Below, in pieces: positions 1 to 13,145 of a stretch of 64,000 bases of DNA. The DNA lies in the NCBI GenBank assembly GCA_010405405.1, contig MU004243.1, forward strand, positions 305,340-369,339, written 5' to 3'. Positions within the stretch are counted from its first letter, which is position 1. Each line of letters starts with the position of its first letter. Origin of the DNA: Microthyrium microscopicum. Its lineage: Eukaryota. Under the pieces are notes generated by a model, which did no database searches, was not told the DNA's origin, and was given only the letters and a program-made list of their open reading frames with translations. The position numbers and the translations under genes were made by a program.

Positions 1-674
1 ATTTTTGCACATAGGCTTCTGCGCGTGGTCTGGCTTTAGCGTCGACTGGTGGCGCATAATTCTTATTGGGAGCCTTTTTGACGATTCTGGCGTACTGACG
101 GCGTTCAAACCGGCCTAACCGAGCGGTTTGCTTTATGGAACGCACTGTTTGCCATGAGCAAACGCAGTATTTCTGGACGGAGAAGAAAGCAGCGACAACT
201 AGGCGAGGTGTTGTTCGCTGCTATGATGCGTGAATATGTTCTTTACGCTTGTGATAACCACCCCAATATTTGTCTTTACTACTATTTTTAACGAAACGAC
301 CTACTTACAATTGCTCTCTGTTTTGCTACTGTTGTTTGGGGCGAGATACTCCGGCGTTTTATAGCGGCAATTGGGCCGATTTGTATGTATCAGAGATAAT
401 GTCTCCAACGTAAAGAATCAATTTAGCGTCACATACATGTTGAATCGTGAAATTGCTCCGTAAATCAACTGTGCTGGGGTATCTTATTCGAGTAGACGAC
501 TGCGGGTCCTTGAAATCTTAGCACTTTCGTTTCCAGTGTTTATCCAAACGCCTGCTCAATGCATAATGAGTAACGCGCAAGCTCGCCTGTACAATGCCCA
601 TCAACTGCGCAATTCAACAACGAACCGTGAGACCAAGACCGCTGCACAATCCGCAGCCCATGGACAACTAGGCC

Positions 675-1361
675 CTACGCCTTCTTAACAGTCTCCACCA
701 CCTTCTCCTTCGTCGCCTCCGTCTTCGTCTTCCCGCCTCCGCTATTCAAATAGCTCAAATAGCAATTCCAACCCAACGCCACAACATTAACCAACAGCAC
801 CCTATGTTCCAACGGAACCACACTGAAATTCGCAATCTGCACCCACGGCCAAATCAACAAATTCTTACCAAACGCCTGTCCAAACGTACTCCCCATCTTC
901 TCCCTCACCCTCTCTCCCGCACTCACACTGCTCCCATTTACGCCGCCCCCACCCACACCAGTACTGCTCTTCCAGCCTTCCATAACTGCCATGGAGCTCA
1001 AAAAACACGTCAAATTGATCGGCGTGAACACCAATTGATCCAAGCCAACGCGCGCGGCGACGGTGGTGGCTTTGGAGCTGAGGTTTACGCGCGCTTGCAG
1101 GAAGCGGTACCACGTTGTTGCTGCGGGGCCGAAGATTGTGCCGCCGTACAGGGCCATGCGGGCTGTGCGGGAGTAGGCGTGGTTGGAAGGGCCGGTGGAT
1201 TCGACGAGTTGTTGGGCGGCGATGTCGCCGGTGCCGAAGAGGATTGCGGTTGTGAGGGATTGGGTTAGGAGGGGGCGTCGTTTGAGGACGGATTGATACC
1301 CGGGGGGTTGTTAGTAGAGGACTTGAGAGAGATTGGATGGGCGGACTGACCAGCGCAGCAT
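675..1361 (-). CDS. SYM1: Mpv17/PMP22 family mitochondrial inner-membrane protein (Sym1)
   Basis: Exon 1 ATG CTG CGC TG (1361-1351) plus exon 2 from 1299 gives [34 protein letters not shown]...RTARMALYGG...DQLVFTP...IWPWVQIANFSVVPLEHRVLLVNVVALGWNCYLS, the typical Mpv17 pattern. It has a Gly/Ser-rich loop insertion. The intron acceptor is non-canonical (see findings). Confidence 0.9.
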
Positions 1362-3076
1362 CTTGGTGGTTGTGATGTTGGTGGGTTTTGTAGTGGGTTT
1401 CGTAGTGGGTTTTGTAGTAGTTCGTGGGTGCGCGGTAATGGTTGAGAAGGAGAGTTGGAGACCAGAGGAGGATTCTGAGTTGGCGATGGTCTCAAGCTCT
1501 CAAATGGTGAAGTGCTGGTGGGGAGGAAAGGAGGAAGGTGCATTGGCTAAAAGAGGAAGGAACGTTTGTTGCGTCATTGCCCTTTCCGGGTTCCCAAGTG
1601 AGGTTACACTATCAGGCTGACAAGAGCCACAAGGCTGACCTCCTGAGCAATCGATTGTCCGAACCACATTGCCCGTTTGTAGCTCGATTTCTCAGATTCG
1701 CTAGTGTGCTCTTGGAGAAAATATTGAACGCAGCAGGATATCGAGATATCGAATTAATCCTGACATGACAAATCTTTGGCAATGTCAAACCCAAAGCCCA
1801 GTGCCAACCCATTTACATACAGTATATCGACAGAAGTCATCCTTTACTGCGGCAGAAAACATCAATCCCTCAAACTTCTCAAATACTACAATGCTATGTT
1901 GGCTATGTTATATACCTGAACAATAGCGAGCCTCCTTGGTCTTTGTCAAATTATGCTCTGTGTAACCTGAACCTTTCAGCTCAACAACATGCATTCCGAG
2001 TCAAAACGACGATTAGAAATGTCTTGGTCATATTACGGCTCACGTTCCAAGCTACAATTTCCTTGGGCTTTTCTGGCACAATTCTTCGGGATAAACATGG
2101 ATATTATGCTGGTCTTAACGCCCTTCAAGGATGGCAGGGATGTTCTCACGACTCTGCAAAATAGGTTTGCGTGGAATGACACCAAGCGAACCACTGCTTC
2201 TTGAAACTCTGGTTGTAATCTTAATTTCCTTCATACTTGGCCGTCGTTTTAGACAAAAGCGCGGGCTAACAGTGAACACTAGGTACTTGTACTTGAAGCG
2301 GATAACGATCCCAGCGGTACGAATTATTGGAGCTAGTGATGAGAAATAGCCTTTTTCTGGCCCCAAGAATAAGGTACGGTATCTTTTCTCCATCACTCAT
2401 GATGTCGCAAGCAAGCTTTAGGATATAAATTCTTTGAAAGACGAGGTCAAAGAGTGCTACATTTTACATTTTGAAGGATTTCAATCCTGATAAAGTGTAA
2501 AATCTGAAACTGACAGGTCTCCACCCGCCCCTGAAAAGGGAAAAGCGACAGAACGTGCGAACGCCTGAAGAAGATTTAGTGAGTTGAGGCGAGCAACCAC
2601 CATCCTAAACGACGCCACAAGCACCATTTTCAACGATATCGTCCATGCTCTACAAATTCAACGAATCCGCACCCAGATCGAGCTCAGTAGTCTGTCCAAA
2701 AGAAGCCAAATGGAGCCGACCAAGACCTCGCGTGGCTCTGCATCTCGGACAACGGTGGCTGTAATTGATGCTTCTGATTTGCTGTATATCGTACTTTAAA
2801 GCCAATTTGACTGTTCTTGAGCCGAATCAGTGGTGAGATGTCGTGGGGATTCTGGCTGTTCGCCAAATCTCCCTCCTTTTTTAACTTCATACATTTGACA
2901 TCTCGCCAACATTAAACAGTCATACGCAAATCCCCGCCTATTTCAGGAACTTGCTCTTACTGAAACATCCCCAAAGAGATCACAGATGATCTAAAATCGA
3001 CATCTGGCGAGAGGCCTGGCTCTCAATAGCATACGATTCCCGACGCTCCTTACAATCGCTAATCCATACTTCAACA

Positions 3077-4438
3077 ATGTCTGGGCTTCTATCGACCCGA
3101 AAATGGAGCGGTTCGATAGCAGATAGCGACGATGGAGGTCCTCCAAAGCGAATATCGACACCTGCTGGAATGCGCCTTTCCTTCGTCATGAATGATATCC
3201 GGAATGCTTCACCAGTTTCTTCACAAGCGCCCACTTCTCCAAGAACACCAGCTACTCCGATTACTCCGGGAGCTGCTCCCAGACTTTCATTCGGCCGTGA
3301 TTTGGATAGTGCATTCGGTATAAGAATTGTGGAGAGCCCGCTTGCAAATCTTCCACTGGAAAGATCTCGGGAACACCAGCCGATCCAGGAATCCATTGAA
3401 AGTAGCCCGGCACCATCACATCAATCGAGACCTACGACAGGTGTTGCGAGTCCTTCACCAAGGTATGCGACAAGTTTATACTCGGAGAAGGCGGTTCTAC
3501 CTAGAGGAGTCGACCGATCTAAGGAGAACAAGAAAGATAAGAGAGGATGCCTCGGAATAATACAGAAAAGGATTCTTCTCATCCTTGGCCTTGTGATATT
3601 GTTACTACTTGGAGCCATTATTGGACTTGCCGTAGGGTTATCAAAGAAACATCCATCCTCAAAGTAAGATACAAACAACAGAATCTTGACAACTCTCTGA
3701 CCACTTTCTAGATCTACAAGCAACTCATCATCACAGCCCGGCGCCGGTACGTCTGGTTCATCTACAAATGCCGCTGGAAGTACTACTGGTACTTCCACGG
3801 CATCCACTCCTTCAACTACTGTCCCAGTTCCCAACAACTTTCCTCTCGGTTCATACTCAATATACACATTCCTTGACACAGTGTTAACCAACTGTACCGC
3901 CATAGCATCAACATGGACCTGCGCTCCATATGTGATATATAACGGCAATCACGAAAACGCCCTCGCTACATTTTCTTATACCATCACCGGCTCACCAGGA
4001 TCATATAAGATCGCACCCACAAGTGGGAACCCATTATTCGCAGACATAAACTTTTCCCCAACACCATTAAAACTCTACGATGTCGGCAATACAACCGAAA
4101 GCTACCGCTTCCAGATCGAAGCTGACAAAATAGTCAACACCACCCTCGGCAACTCCGCCGCTACATGCACGTTCGCATCAACCACCTTCCAAGGCTACCT
4201 CTACACCAAAACCGCAAGTAGTTATCCTGCAGCGGGCCAAACCGTGCCTAAAGGAGCCAATCAAGACTGGCCATTTGCAGCGCGCTTCGAACAGGTCGTT
4301 GGCGGCGGACAAAATGTGCCAGCTTGCAATAAAGCGGGCACTACAAGTCCAATTACTAATGGTCTGGCGACTCAAGATGGTGGCAATCTATGTAGTTGCT
4401 TGTATCGCAATTACTTGACTCCTTCTCCTCATTATTGA
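3077..4438 (+). CDS. Uncharacterised single-pass membrane protein: Ser/Pro-rich N-terminus, one TM helix, Ser/Thr linker, Cys-containing C-terminal domain
   Basis: ORFs 3077-3667 and 3881-4438 are joined by a GT-AG intron at 3664-3711. TM segment ILLILGLVILLLLGAIIGLAVGL; C-terminal domain FPLGSYSIYTFL...TNCT...TWTCAPY...CSCLYRN. Confidence 0.8.
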
Positions 4439-5925
4439 CGATGCATGATGCATCATATACTTGTACTATTAATATTTTATTTGTGTCGCACAAGCATCAG
4501 CATGGAGTTACGGGAAGGTTAAGCTTTGGCATATGATGGGGGTACCTAGCTGGGAAAAGCTGAGGCTCGGGACATTTATCAGGTGTGTACTAGCATGCGC
4601 TTTATGTCATTCATCCAAGTAGCTAGATGTATATATAGAATCAATTATCAACATCACTCAACTGTCGCCTTGCGATCGCCTTGAGACCAAAGAACTAAGG
4701 AGTACTGCAAACACGATCTCAGAGCAACAATTCGAGTAAGTATTTTGAACGGAATCTGCACCAAAGACATAAATTAAACAATCCAATTTACCATGAGAGT
4801 TGCAAAAATAGACAATATTGCCAACAAATGGAACCTAGAACCCTCAACAACCACTCTTGCTCGGATACTAACCCATCCGGTGAAGGCGCCGATCCAGCCC
4901 AACCAAGTCAGTCCAACCTCATCTTGATTTTCTTCACACTTTTGCCTGGAGCAAGCACGCTGTCAGATGCCCCGGATTTATTAGCGCACGATTTATCCAA
5001 GCTCGATCAGCTTTGGGCCAGACCTGCACGACAAGGTCCCAGCCTAGAAGTCTATTCTCACCTCTTGACTGGTCTATTCCTGCGCACACCATTCGCACGG
5101 TTGATCGTGATTCCCTAAAACGGGTTTGTCCTTTTTCAGCGGACGTCTAGCTACCCGGGGCTTTTGTGAGGTAACCTCTTGCGGCCTCAGACTACCGCCT
5201 TTAGGGGCCTGGATGCAGAAAAAGGCGTCATCATACTTTGCAGGATCAAATGGAATATACCTTCGTGACTACAAAGTACACAAAAGTAGCTTTGCAATCA
5301 GGAACGTGCCCGGAGAGTCCAATTTCCGCAGTTTGTCGGGCATGAGGAAACTAGCCGTTATGGGATTGCTATGAACTTTATTGTTGGTATTTGGAAGCAG
5401 TGTAGACTATCACGGCGACAAGTCTGCGAGGGAAATTGCCTCTCCTATTGTCTAGAACCAGAGGTTTGTTATGTTTTAACCTGATGCTTGAGAGTTTAGT
5501 TGTCTGGCATGCTGAGTATCAATAATAGGGGAACATCTCAAGGATACCATTATCAGCCTGTGCTAAAAAGCAAAGTCTATAACAAATAATGCTCAAAAAC
5601 AGGAGTGTTGAGAGAACAGGCTTGACAGACTGAGTCGTTTTTGGACGGCTGAGCACCAGCCGGCACTAGACCCACGATATCCAACGAGCAACGGCGGAAG
5701 ATCCCATGGTAATTGGCGCCATCATACATTCCAGGTGAATAGCATGTTAAGGAGAAGCTAGCTGTTGACATACCGTTAGAATAATGTGGAAGGTATGATA
5801 TCCATTGCTACTTGGTACGATCCATATAAGTCTAGTCGAGGACGTCCCAAACATATGATTTTTTCACATCACTTCCAATTTTCAACACAATCCTTCCTTA
5901 ATTCTCATATTCTTTAATATTCAAA

Positions 5926-6941
5926 ATGAAGTTCAACTCTCAAATCCTCACAGCCTGTGCCATTTTCGGCTTGACTGCCGCTGGCCCAATATTGAAGAAG
6001 CGATCCGGCGATGCTGATATCCTCAACTATGCGCTCACCCTCGAGCATCTTGAGGACACCTTCTATCGTCAAGGTCTTGCCAACTTCACTGAATCGGACT
6101 TTAATGATGCTGGATACGATTCCCACTTCTACAAGAACCTCATGGAAGTTGCATACGATGAGAAGACCCATGTCTCCTTCTTGACATCAGCACTTCAAGG
6201 TACATATGACTTATCGGTGTCTTATTACATGACTAACAGTTTACTACTAGCCGCTGGAGCTGCTGCCGTTGCAGAGTGCACCTATGCATTCGGTGTTGAC
6301 TCAGTAGAGACATTCATTGCCACCGCATCAGTTCTCGAAGGCGTCGGAATCACAGCGTACCTAGGAGCTGCCGCACATATCGCCAACCCAGCCTACCTAA
6401 CAGCAGCTGCCAGTATCCTTACTGTCGAGTCTCGCCACAACGTACGTTGAAGCATTGGAAACTCACATTACATCAAACTAATAGAAAGCAGGCCTATCTC
6501 CGTGATGCGTTGAACAAGTCTCCATTCCCCCAGGCCTTCGATGTCCCTCTCGACTACGATGAGGTCTACTCCCTCGCCGCTCCATTCATCGTGAGCTGCC
6601 CATCAAGCAACCCAACCTTCTTGACCCTCAAGGAGTTCCCCGGCCTCACTGTCTCCAGCCAGGACGCAAAGATCAAGACCAACACCGTCCTTGACGTTTA
6701 CGCCAACATCCCTGACGACACGACTGTTTATGCCTCTTTCGCTACCGTCACTGGACCAGTCTTCGCAGAGATCCAATGCACTGGACATGGCGATTACGAA
6801 GTTACTGTCCCAGCTGGTGTACATGGTCAAAGCTACCTTATCTTTACCAGCAGCAACAGCACCGTCAATGATGATACCACTCTTGCTGGCCCAGCAATTG
6901 TTGAGATCAAGGGAACTGATGGTGCACCAAAATACGCGTAA
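5926..6941 (+). CDS. Secreted ferritin-like domain protein (Rds1-like stress-response protein)
   Basis: Signal peptide and KKR site, then DADILNYALTLEHLE..FY, DEKTHV..L, ASVLEGVGITAYLGAA and SILTVESRH (Ferritin_2-type). Introns at 6200-6250 and 6442-6491. Confidence 0.9.
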
Positions 6942-7260
6942 AGCGTGATTTTGAGTCAAAGCGAGATAAAGGCTGGATACGATAAATGATTGTAATTACT
7001 TCTTATAATTAATACCACATTCCCCTTTCATAAAGTGCCATTAGCACTGGGAACAAAACTGTCATTCTTTCTCCGGTTCTCCTTGTTTCCCGTCGCTGAT
7101 ACAATCAATAACATTCCAGTCATTGCAGGCAGTGTACCATCTTACCTGTACATGCCATCATTTGCAGACATTTTTCAGCAATTGACTTGCCAAAGAAACA
7201 TACCAAGCCTCCCCCAAAAAGACACTCTACCTTTCTTCACTAACCTACCAACATCTCTAA

Positions 7261-8551
7261 TCACGCATACTCAGGCCCACTACCAGACCCCTTTTCCTCC
7301 CCAACACCAACCATCTGTCTCCTCTGTCTCCTCCTCTCTTTCCTCGCCTTCCACTTCCTCCCAACCGCCCTCATCGTCGCCACCGCCGGCGGCACAGCCG
7401 CAATCAGCGAACATACAAACGCACTCCACGTCAACCCTAAAAACCCCGTCCCCGGCAGTGCCGCCACCTTCAGCGAGCCGGCCGCTTGAACAATGTACTT
7501 CTTAGCCAAGGTGCCGATGATTGTAGCTGTCAGTGATGGCGTGAACAAGAATCCATTCGCTGTGCTCGTACAGATATTTGTTACAAGTGGTCGCCGTAAG
7601 CGTGGGTCTTCTTGGTCTATGAGCCACCAGATGGCGGCACAGATGCTGAAGAAGTTGAAGATTAGGGCCATTATGTAGAAGACCAGTGTGCTTTTGAGTG
7701 CGCCGTTGAGAGATGTGAAGGCTGAGTTGAAGCCTGCGCCTGTGCTGGAGTTGGAGGAGGAACCGCCCGTCAAATTGAGCGTAGAGAGAGATATCCCAGT
7801 GTTCGATTGCAGAAGAGAATTGGCAAAGGCGGCATTGGGGGAGAAGTTGGCGAGACCGAGCTGTTTGGAGCAGTTTGTGACTTGGCGGTGGATTTTGCTA
7901 GCTGGGAATGTTGCGTTGGGTATTGGACCTGGGAGGAGCTTGCCTTGGCAGTAGTTCAATAGATGGACGGAGTAGAAGTCGCTGATTCCGATGATGTCGG
8001 CTATGGAACCCGCGAATTCATCGAGGCCGTGCTGGAGGGTTTGGTTGATTGCTTGCGTGAGGTTGAAGCCGGTGGTGCCGGTCAGGAAGTTGTTGAGGGG
8101 ACTGTTTGGATTCGTGAATTGGGAGGTCAAAGGATTGTCTCCTAGGATTGAAGTGATGTTGTGGAAGATTGAAGTTAGGGGATTGCTGGTACTTGTTGGC
8201 AAGCTAAGTCCAGGTATGCTCAGTGTTGGAAGAAGGCCTCTCTCTTGGACTTGAGTTGGTTTGATATCAACTTCCTTCAGTATCCCAGAAAGTTCAGAGC
8301 CGCCGTTTTGTGTGAGATTTTTTATCGTTTGCTCTACATAAGCTTGGCCTACTCTGGACGTGTTCAGCTATTATCAAGTTAGTAGGATGTTCTAATGAAG
8401 ATGAGTTGTGATTAAAACTGACCGCTAATATTGAATAGTCTTCCATAAATCCTGGTTTATGTCCAGCAAATATGCACAAAAAGCATAAGATGAAGGAAAC
8501 AAACGAAAAGAGGATGACCACCACTGGGCCTGCGACTCTAAGAAGCCTCAT
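7261..8551 (-). CDS. SUR7/PalI family membrane protein
   Basis: N-terminal TM followed by LCIFAGHKPGFMEDYSIL|LNTS (intron 8368-8422), GISDFYSVHLLNYCQG motif and three C-terminal TM segments. Confidence 0.85.
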
Positions 8552-9644
8552 CACAACGATTTGAAGACTGAAGTAATCAAGTAAAATGTAAAAGCCTTCT
8601 GAGTTTGAAGATATGTGGCGTTCCCATTATAAGTAGGCCAAACTCTTGAACACTGGGATCGAAGATATGCTTTTCACCATTCCCATACACCATGTTGTTA
8701 CGACGTCAGCTCAAGTTTATGCAGGTACTACTCACCAGGGCATCCTCGTTGAAGCCTCATAAGCATTTGAACCAGGGTTCATGATGATCTATCCTTCATT
8801 GAGGATGAGAAGATACCAATTGAGTACGCCATATACCATCCAAGAGCAAGTGCAAGGTTTTCGGCGAGGTTCGATAGATCAGTTCAGATATGTTGGCTCC
8901 TTTCGGTCGCGTCGCAAACATTAAACACGGCTTGAATATGTTTCCGAGCGGACCGTAGTCAAGCTTATGCAAGTCCGCGACATTCTTTCAACTTTAAAAA
9001 GCTACTCGGGCACCTGCATATCGACTTCTAGTGCCACGTTATATCTCCTCGGTTGCGGGAGACCATCATATCCGAACCTATGAACATATGATTATTCTGT
9101 ATCTCGCATTTACTTGCACTCTTGACAGACGAATGCGGAAAAGAAGGCGTAATCGAGTGCGGACTGCGAAAGGTTTTGTTGCAGTGGGCTCCTATTTCTT
9201 GAATATGAGTGTTCGTAGATCAACTTATTGGCATGTGCCGTCCCCGACTTTACAATACGGTAGATGATCGACGCCTAAAGGTCAAAAGTGTCACACGAAG
9301 GAAGAGCGGCAACTGGTAAAACAAACCACGGCAGGCATGAAACACAAGGCATCCTGGTTTAGAATAAAAAGTATAATTGACATTGACAAGTTTGGTACTG
9401 TTTACTTACACCTGCGAACCCAAGAACCATTTTGACATAACACTTAATCTGATACTTACTTCTGACCATGAAAATATTATGCTGTGCGTTCCGAAATGTG
9501 CTGCCAGTGCCTCGCCGCCTCCTCCCGTTCTTTTTCGAAGATGCTGAAATACCCGTTGATGTTGAAATAGAAAAAAAGTTTGATGATCAAAAGAATATGC
9601 ACCGTCGAGAGCGACAATTGACTCAACCGCTCCGTGGAATATGA

Positions 9645-11099
9645 TTATTTGCCGTCGGCATCTGTGATTCCGCCTTCGCCGATGACATACGTGCAGTCGC
9701 CTTCAGGGACATCTAAGCAATCGTTAGCATGATCAAATACACGGTATGGAAGACATGTACCTGGAGAATCCAGGACTTTGGCTACGCGTTCCTCACCGCG
9801 GCCTTTTCGCAACGCAATGATAGTCGCACTAGCGTGGCTAAGAATATGACCACCGCTGGCTTTTGGAACAGATGCCACTGAGAATGATTAGAATGGTGGT
9901 TGAATGGAAAGTATAGAGCACATACTGAAGGAGCTGGCGCCAGGGTCGCTCATGACTTGATTGGTCTGTATCAAGGTTAGGGACTGGAAGCCAGTGGCCT
10001 TGCTTGAATCACTTACGATGAAGACGGTGACATTGAATTCTAGCAATGAGAGTTAGCATGCGTACGATACCAGCAACAGGGGGATGCTTACCGCTTGCAA
10101 GTTTGCTGCATTGATGCAGGAATTTGCCCATGAGCTGCTGTCGCTCAGAAAGCTCACCACGACCACAGAACTCAGCACGATATAGAGCAACAATACTGTC
10201 GACGACCAGAAGACGATACTCTCCGGACACAAAGAGTTCGGCCATGCTGTCAAGAAGCTCTTGCTGGCTCTGGGATGGATCAGAATATGGTCACTAGGCA
10301 CATTGGATTCGACATACCTCCGTGTCATATGCTCGAGCATAGGAGATGTTCTCCAGAGCCGAATCTGGGTCAAGTCCAAATCGTTCAGCAATGGTAGCAA
10401 TTCGATGTGGACGGAAGGTGCCTTCAGTGTCTAGAAACACAGCCTTGCCCTCTGCTCCACCCATATCCTTGGGAAGCTGACAAGTAACACACATGGTATG
10501 AGACAGTTGAGTTTTGCCGCATCCTAAATATATTAGCCACGGGAGAACTCGAAAACAGCGAAGAACCACTTACGATATTCGCCATACACCTGATTGATAG
10601 AACTGCTGGGCATCCTACCACCAAGCAGGGTATCAAAGCTCTTGCTGCCAGTCGATATGCGAAAGACACTGCGACGCTGTTCCTTGAGCTCAAAGGCAGT
10701 GATGAAGCCACAGTTACCAGGCATGCATTTGTTCACAGCTTCCTTGATCTTTTCGACTTTGATCTCACTGAAGCCTTTGATGTCGAGGAGCTTGCGCTTG
10801 GAACACATGTGGACAAGCTTTCGCCGTAGTTAGCTTAAGCGAACCATACAAGAGCGGCGTCACTTACGCCGATGGTGTAGAGTTTGGCAGTCTTTAGCTT
10901 CTGAATGTCACTGGCGCCGATTCCTGGAGGTATCAGCACCCTTCGCACCGCACGGTAGCTTGAGCACTCTTACCATGGTTCTGGATCTGGTCGATCTCCT
11001 GGACCTTGCTGGCAAGAGACTGGACAGGTTAGCAGACGGCGCCGCACACAACGTGACCTTTCTCACCGGCTCGTCCTCGTCAGAGACTGAGTGAGGCAT
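9645..11099 (-). CDS. DMC1: Meiotic recombinase Dmc1 (RecA/Rad51 family), multi-exon
   Basis: Spliced product contains [15 protein letters not shown], Walker [17 protein letters not shown], Walker [28 protein letters not shown] and [12 protein letters not shown]. The GFSE and SDPGAS motifs favour Dmc1 over Rad51. Confidence 0.92.
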
Positions 11100-12233
11100 G
11101 ATGATCAATTGGTGGTGCTTTTGATAAGAGTGCGATATATGGTGGAGATGAAAAGTATGGAATGAATGAGGTAGGAAATGAAGAGAGACCGAATGTGACA
11201 CGTCCAGATGATAATGAGTGATTTTTCAGTAGGATGAAGGATGAAATGAAGTTGGAGAGAGGAAATTGAGGGTCGGATGGAGTAGAAATAAGGTTCATGG
11301 CGTGCCTTCCTTCTCATGATACATGGGTGCTCGACGAGAGGAAGGAGCGACTCTCCCTGAATCTAACCTCATCTGACAGAGAGACATCGCCACACGGTGT
11401 TAATTGTCCTTTCATTTCCTTGTCAATAAATTGAAAACTCAGAAATCAGTCTGAATCATGTCAGTAGATCCTCTCGGTGGGATGCGTGAATTTGCAAGTG
11501 GTGGCATCCGCAGCATTGTCGCCGGCATACACCAAAACCGCTCAATAAGACGATAAACACTGGAACAGAAGAGAGATGTAAGTTCGGGCAACGACAGATA
11601 AATTCAAACATAAGATTAGGAAATCGGCAGTAATCCAGTGATCTACTGCGCCAATCCTAACAACCCTACAATCAAGATGCAACCTTCAGTCTCACCACAA
11701 CCACCAACAGAAGTCGTGCCTTTTAGCTCACATTGAGCCGCGAGTCGTATTTGATTTGTTGCCAATTAGTTCCCCCCGGCTTGGAGTTATGTTCAAGCTA
11801 GGTCTCTTTTCCATCCTTCACTGCCTGGAAGATCGAATGAAGCCGTCGCATAGCCAAGAATTGCTCATGAAGCGGTTGATGGAAAGCAAAAATCTCCATT
11901 CGATCTCCAAATTCCCTCGAGCGGTCGGCGAACATAGAATTGCAAAGGATGCGGTTCGTGGGTATCGGAGTCTCGTGAAGTAGAAAAGCTTTTGGTTGAT
12001 ATCGCAAATGGGTAGTCGTGGTAATGTTGTGACACAACGGGATGCTGTGACATGGGATGTGTCCGAAATAAAAGATATGGCTGATTCAAACAGAGGGGAG
12101 TGAAAAATGGGGAAATTGGGGTAATGTTCGTGCCAGTAGAAAGTACAGCGAAAAAACCGAAGACTAATGAAAAACATGATATGCCAACCTTCCATGGCAG
12201 ATGGAAAAGATCCATATTACTTTGCTAAGCAAC

Positions 12234-13145
12234 TTATGCGACGGCAGAAGGAGCAGCCACTGGAGCAGCCGCAACAGGAGCCTCGCCGGCAACCGCTGGA
12301 GTGCCGTTGACTTCATTCGCTTGTGGGCAATTCTTTGAGATATGTCCAACTTCGCCGCATCGATAGCATGTTTTGGCGCTGGTATCCGTCAAAGGTCCGC
12401 CATTCGGAGCTGTGCAGTCTCGAGAGATGTGCCCAAGTTTACCGCAAGCGTAGCATTTCATGGCTTGAGCCTGGCAATCGCGAGCGTAATGGTTTGGACC
12501 GCCGCATTTGTAGCAAGTAGCGGCGCGAGGAACTCCTCCTCCATAACCTCCTCGGAATCCACCACGACCTCCTCCATAACCACCACGTCCGGGTCCAGTG
12601 GGTGCAGATCCTGGAGTTGGGCAATTCCGCTACGTTTTATTAGCCAAAAGTCTTGGATTGTAGAGTGGTACGCTTACGGCAATGTGTCCAGCCTGACCGC
12701 ACGAGTAGCAGCGACTAGCGGCACCGCTTAGCCGCAGTGTTGGGCAATCAGCCTGAACATGACCGAGTCCCTGGCAGTGATAGCATTGCTTGGCTACAAT
12801 TTGTTAGTTATTGGAAACGCGAGAGCGCATCAGGTTCATTCTTACTCTCGGTTGTACGTGGATGTGGGCAACTGTTGCTTTCATGTCCTAATCATTGTTA
12901 ACATAGGGTTCCGGCGAGACGGGTAGGCGCATTAAGTGTACCAGGTTGTTTGCCTATATATTGTCAGTCGCATTCTTTATAAGATAGAGTCTTTAGCGCA
13001 ACTTACAGTTATAGCACAGTCTCTCTGATGAAGAGCAGACCTCTGGAGTTCAACGTCAGCCTAGTGAATTTTGCGCCTCCATCATAGATTCCTTACCGGC
13101 ATAGTGGCCGATGTTTCCACACTTGAAGCAAGCTCTACGCGACAT
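12234..13145 (-). CDS. GIS2: CCHC zinc-knuckle RNA-binding protein with RGG box (CNBP/Gis2/Byr3 family)
   Basis: ATG at 13145 (MSRRACFKCGNIGHYA). Six coding exons give repeated CxxCxxxGHxxxxC knuckles and a GRGGYGGGRGGFRGG segment. Confidence 0.9.

Noticed and set aside
1..308. Open minus-strand frame (QRTTPRLVVAAFF...AEAYVQK) running off the window start, with a possible intron at 221-308
   Set aside because: No in-frame ATG or recognisable domain is visible, so I cannot support it as a CDS from this window.
804..1620. Plus-strand ORFs over SYM1, and similar antisense ORFs over UAP1 (15634-16485), the xylanase and other genes
   Set aside because: They are shadows of well-supported genes on the opposite strand and have no motifs of their own.
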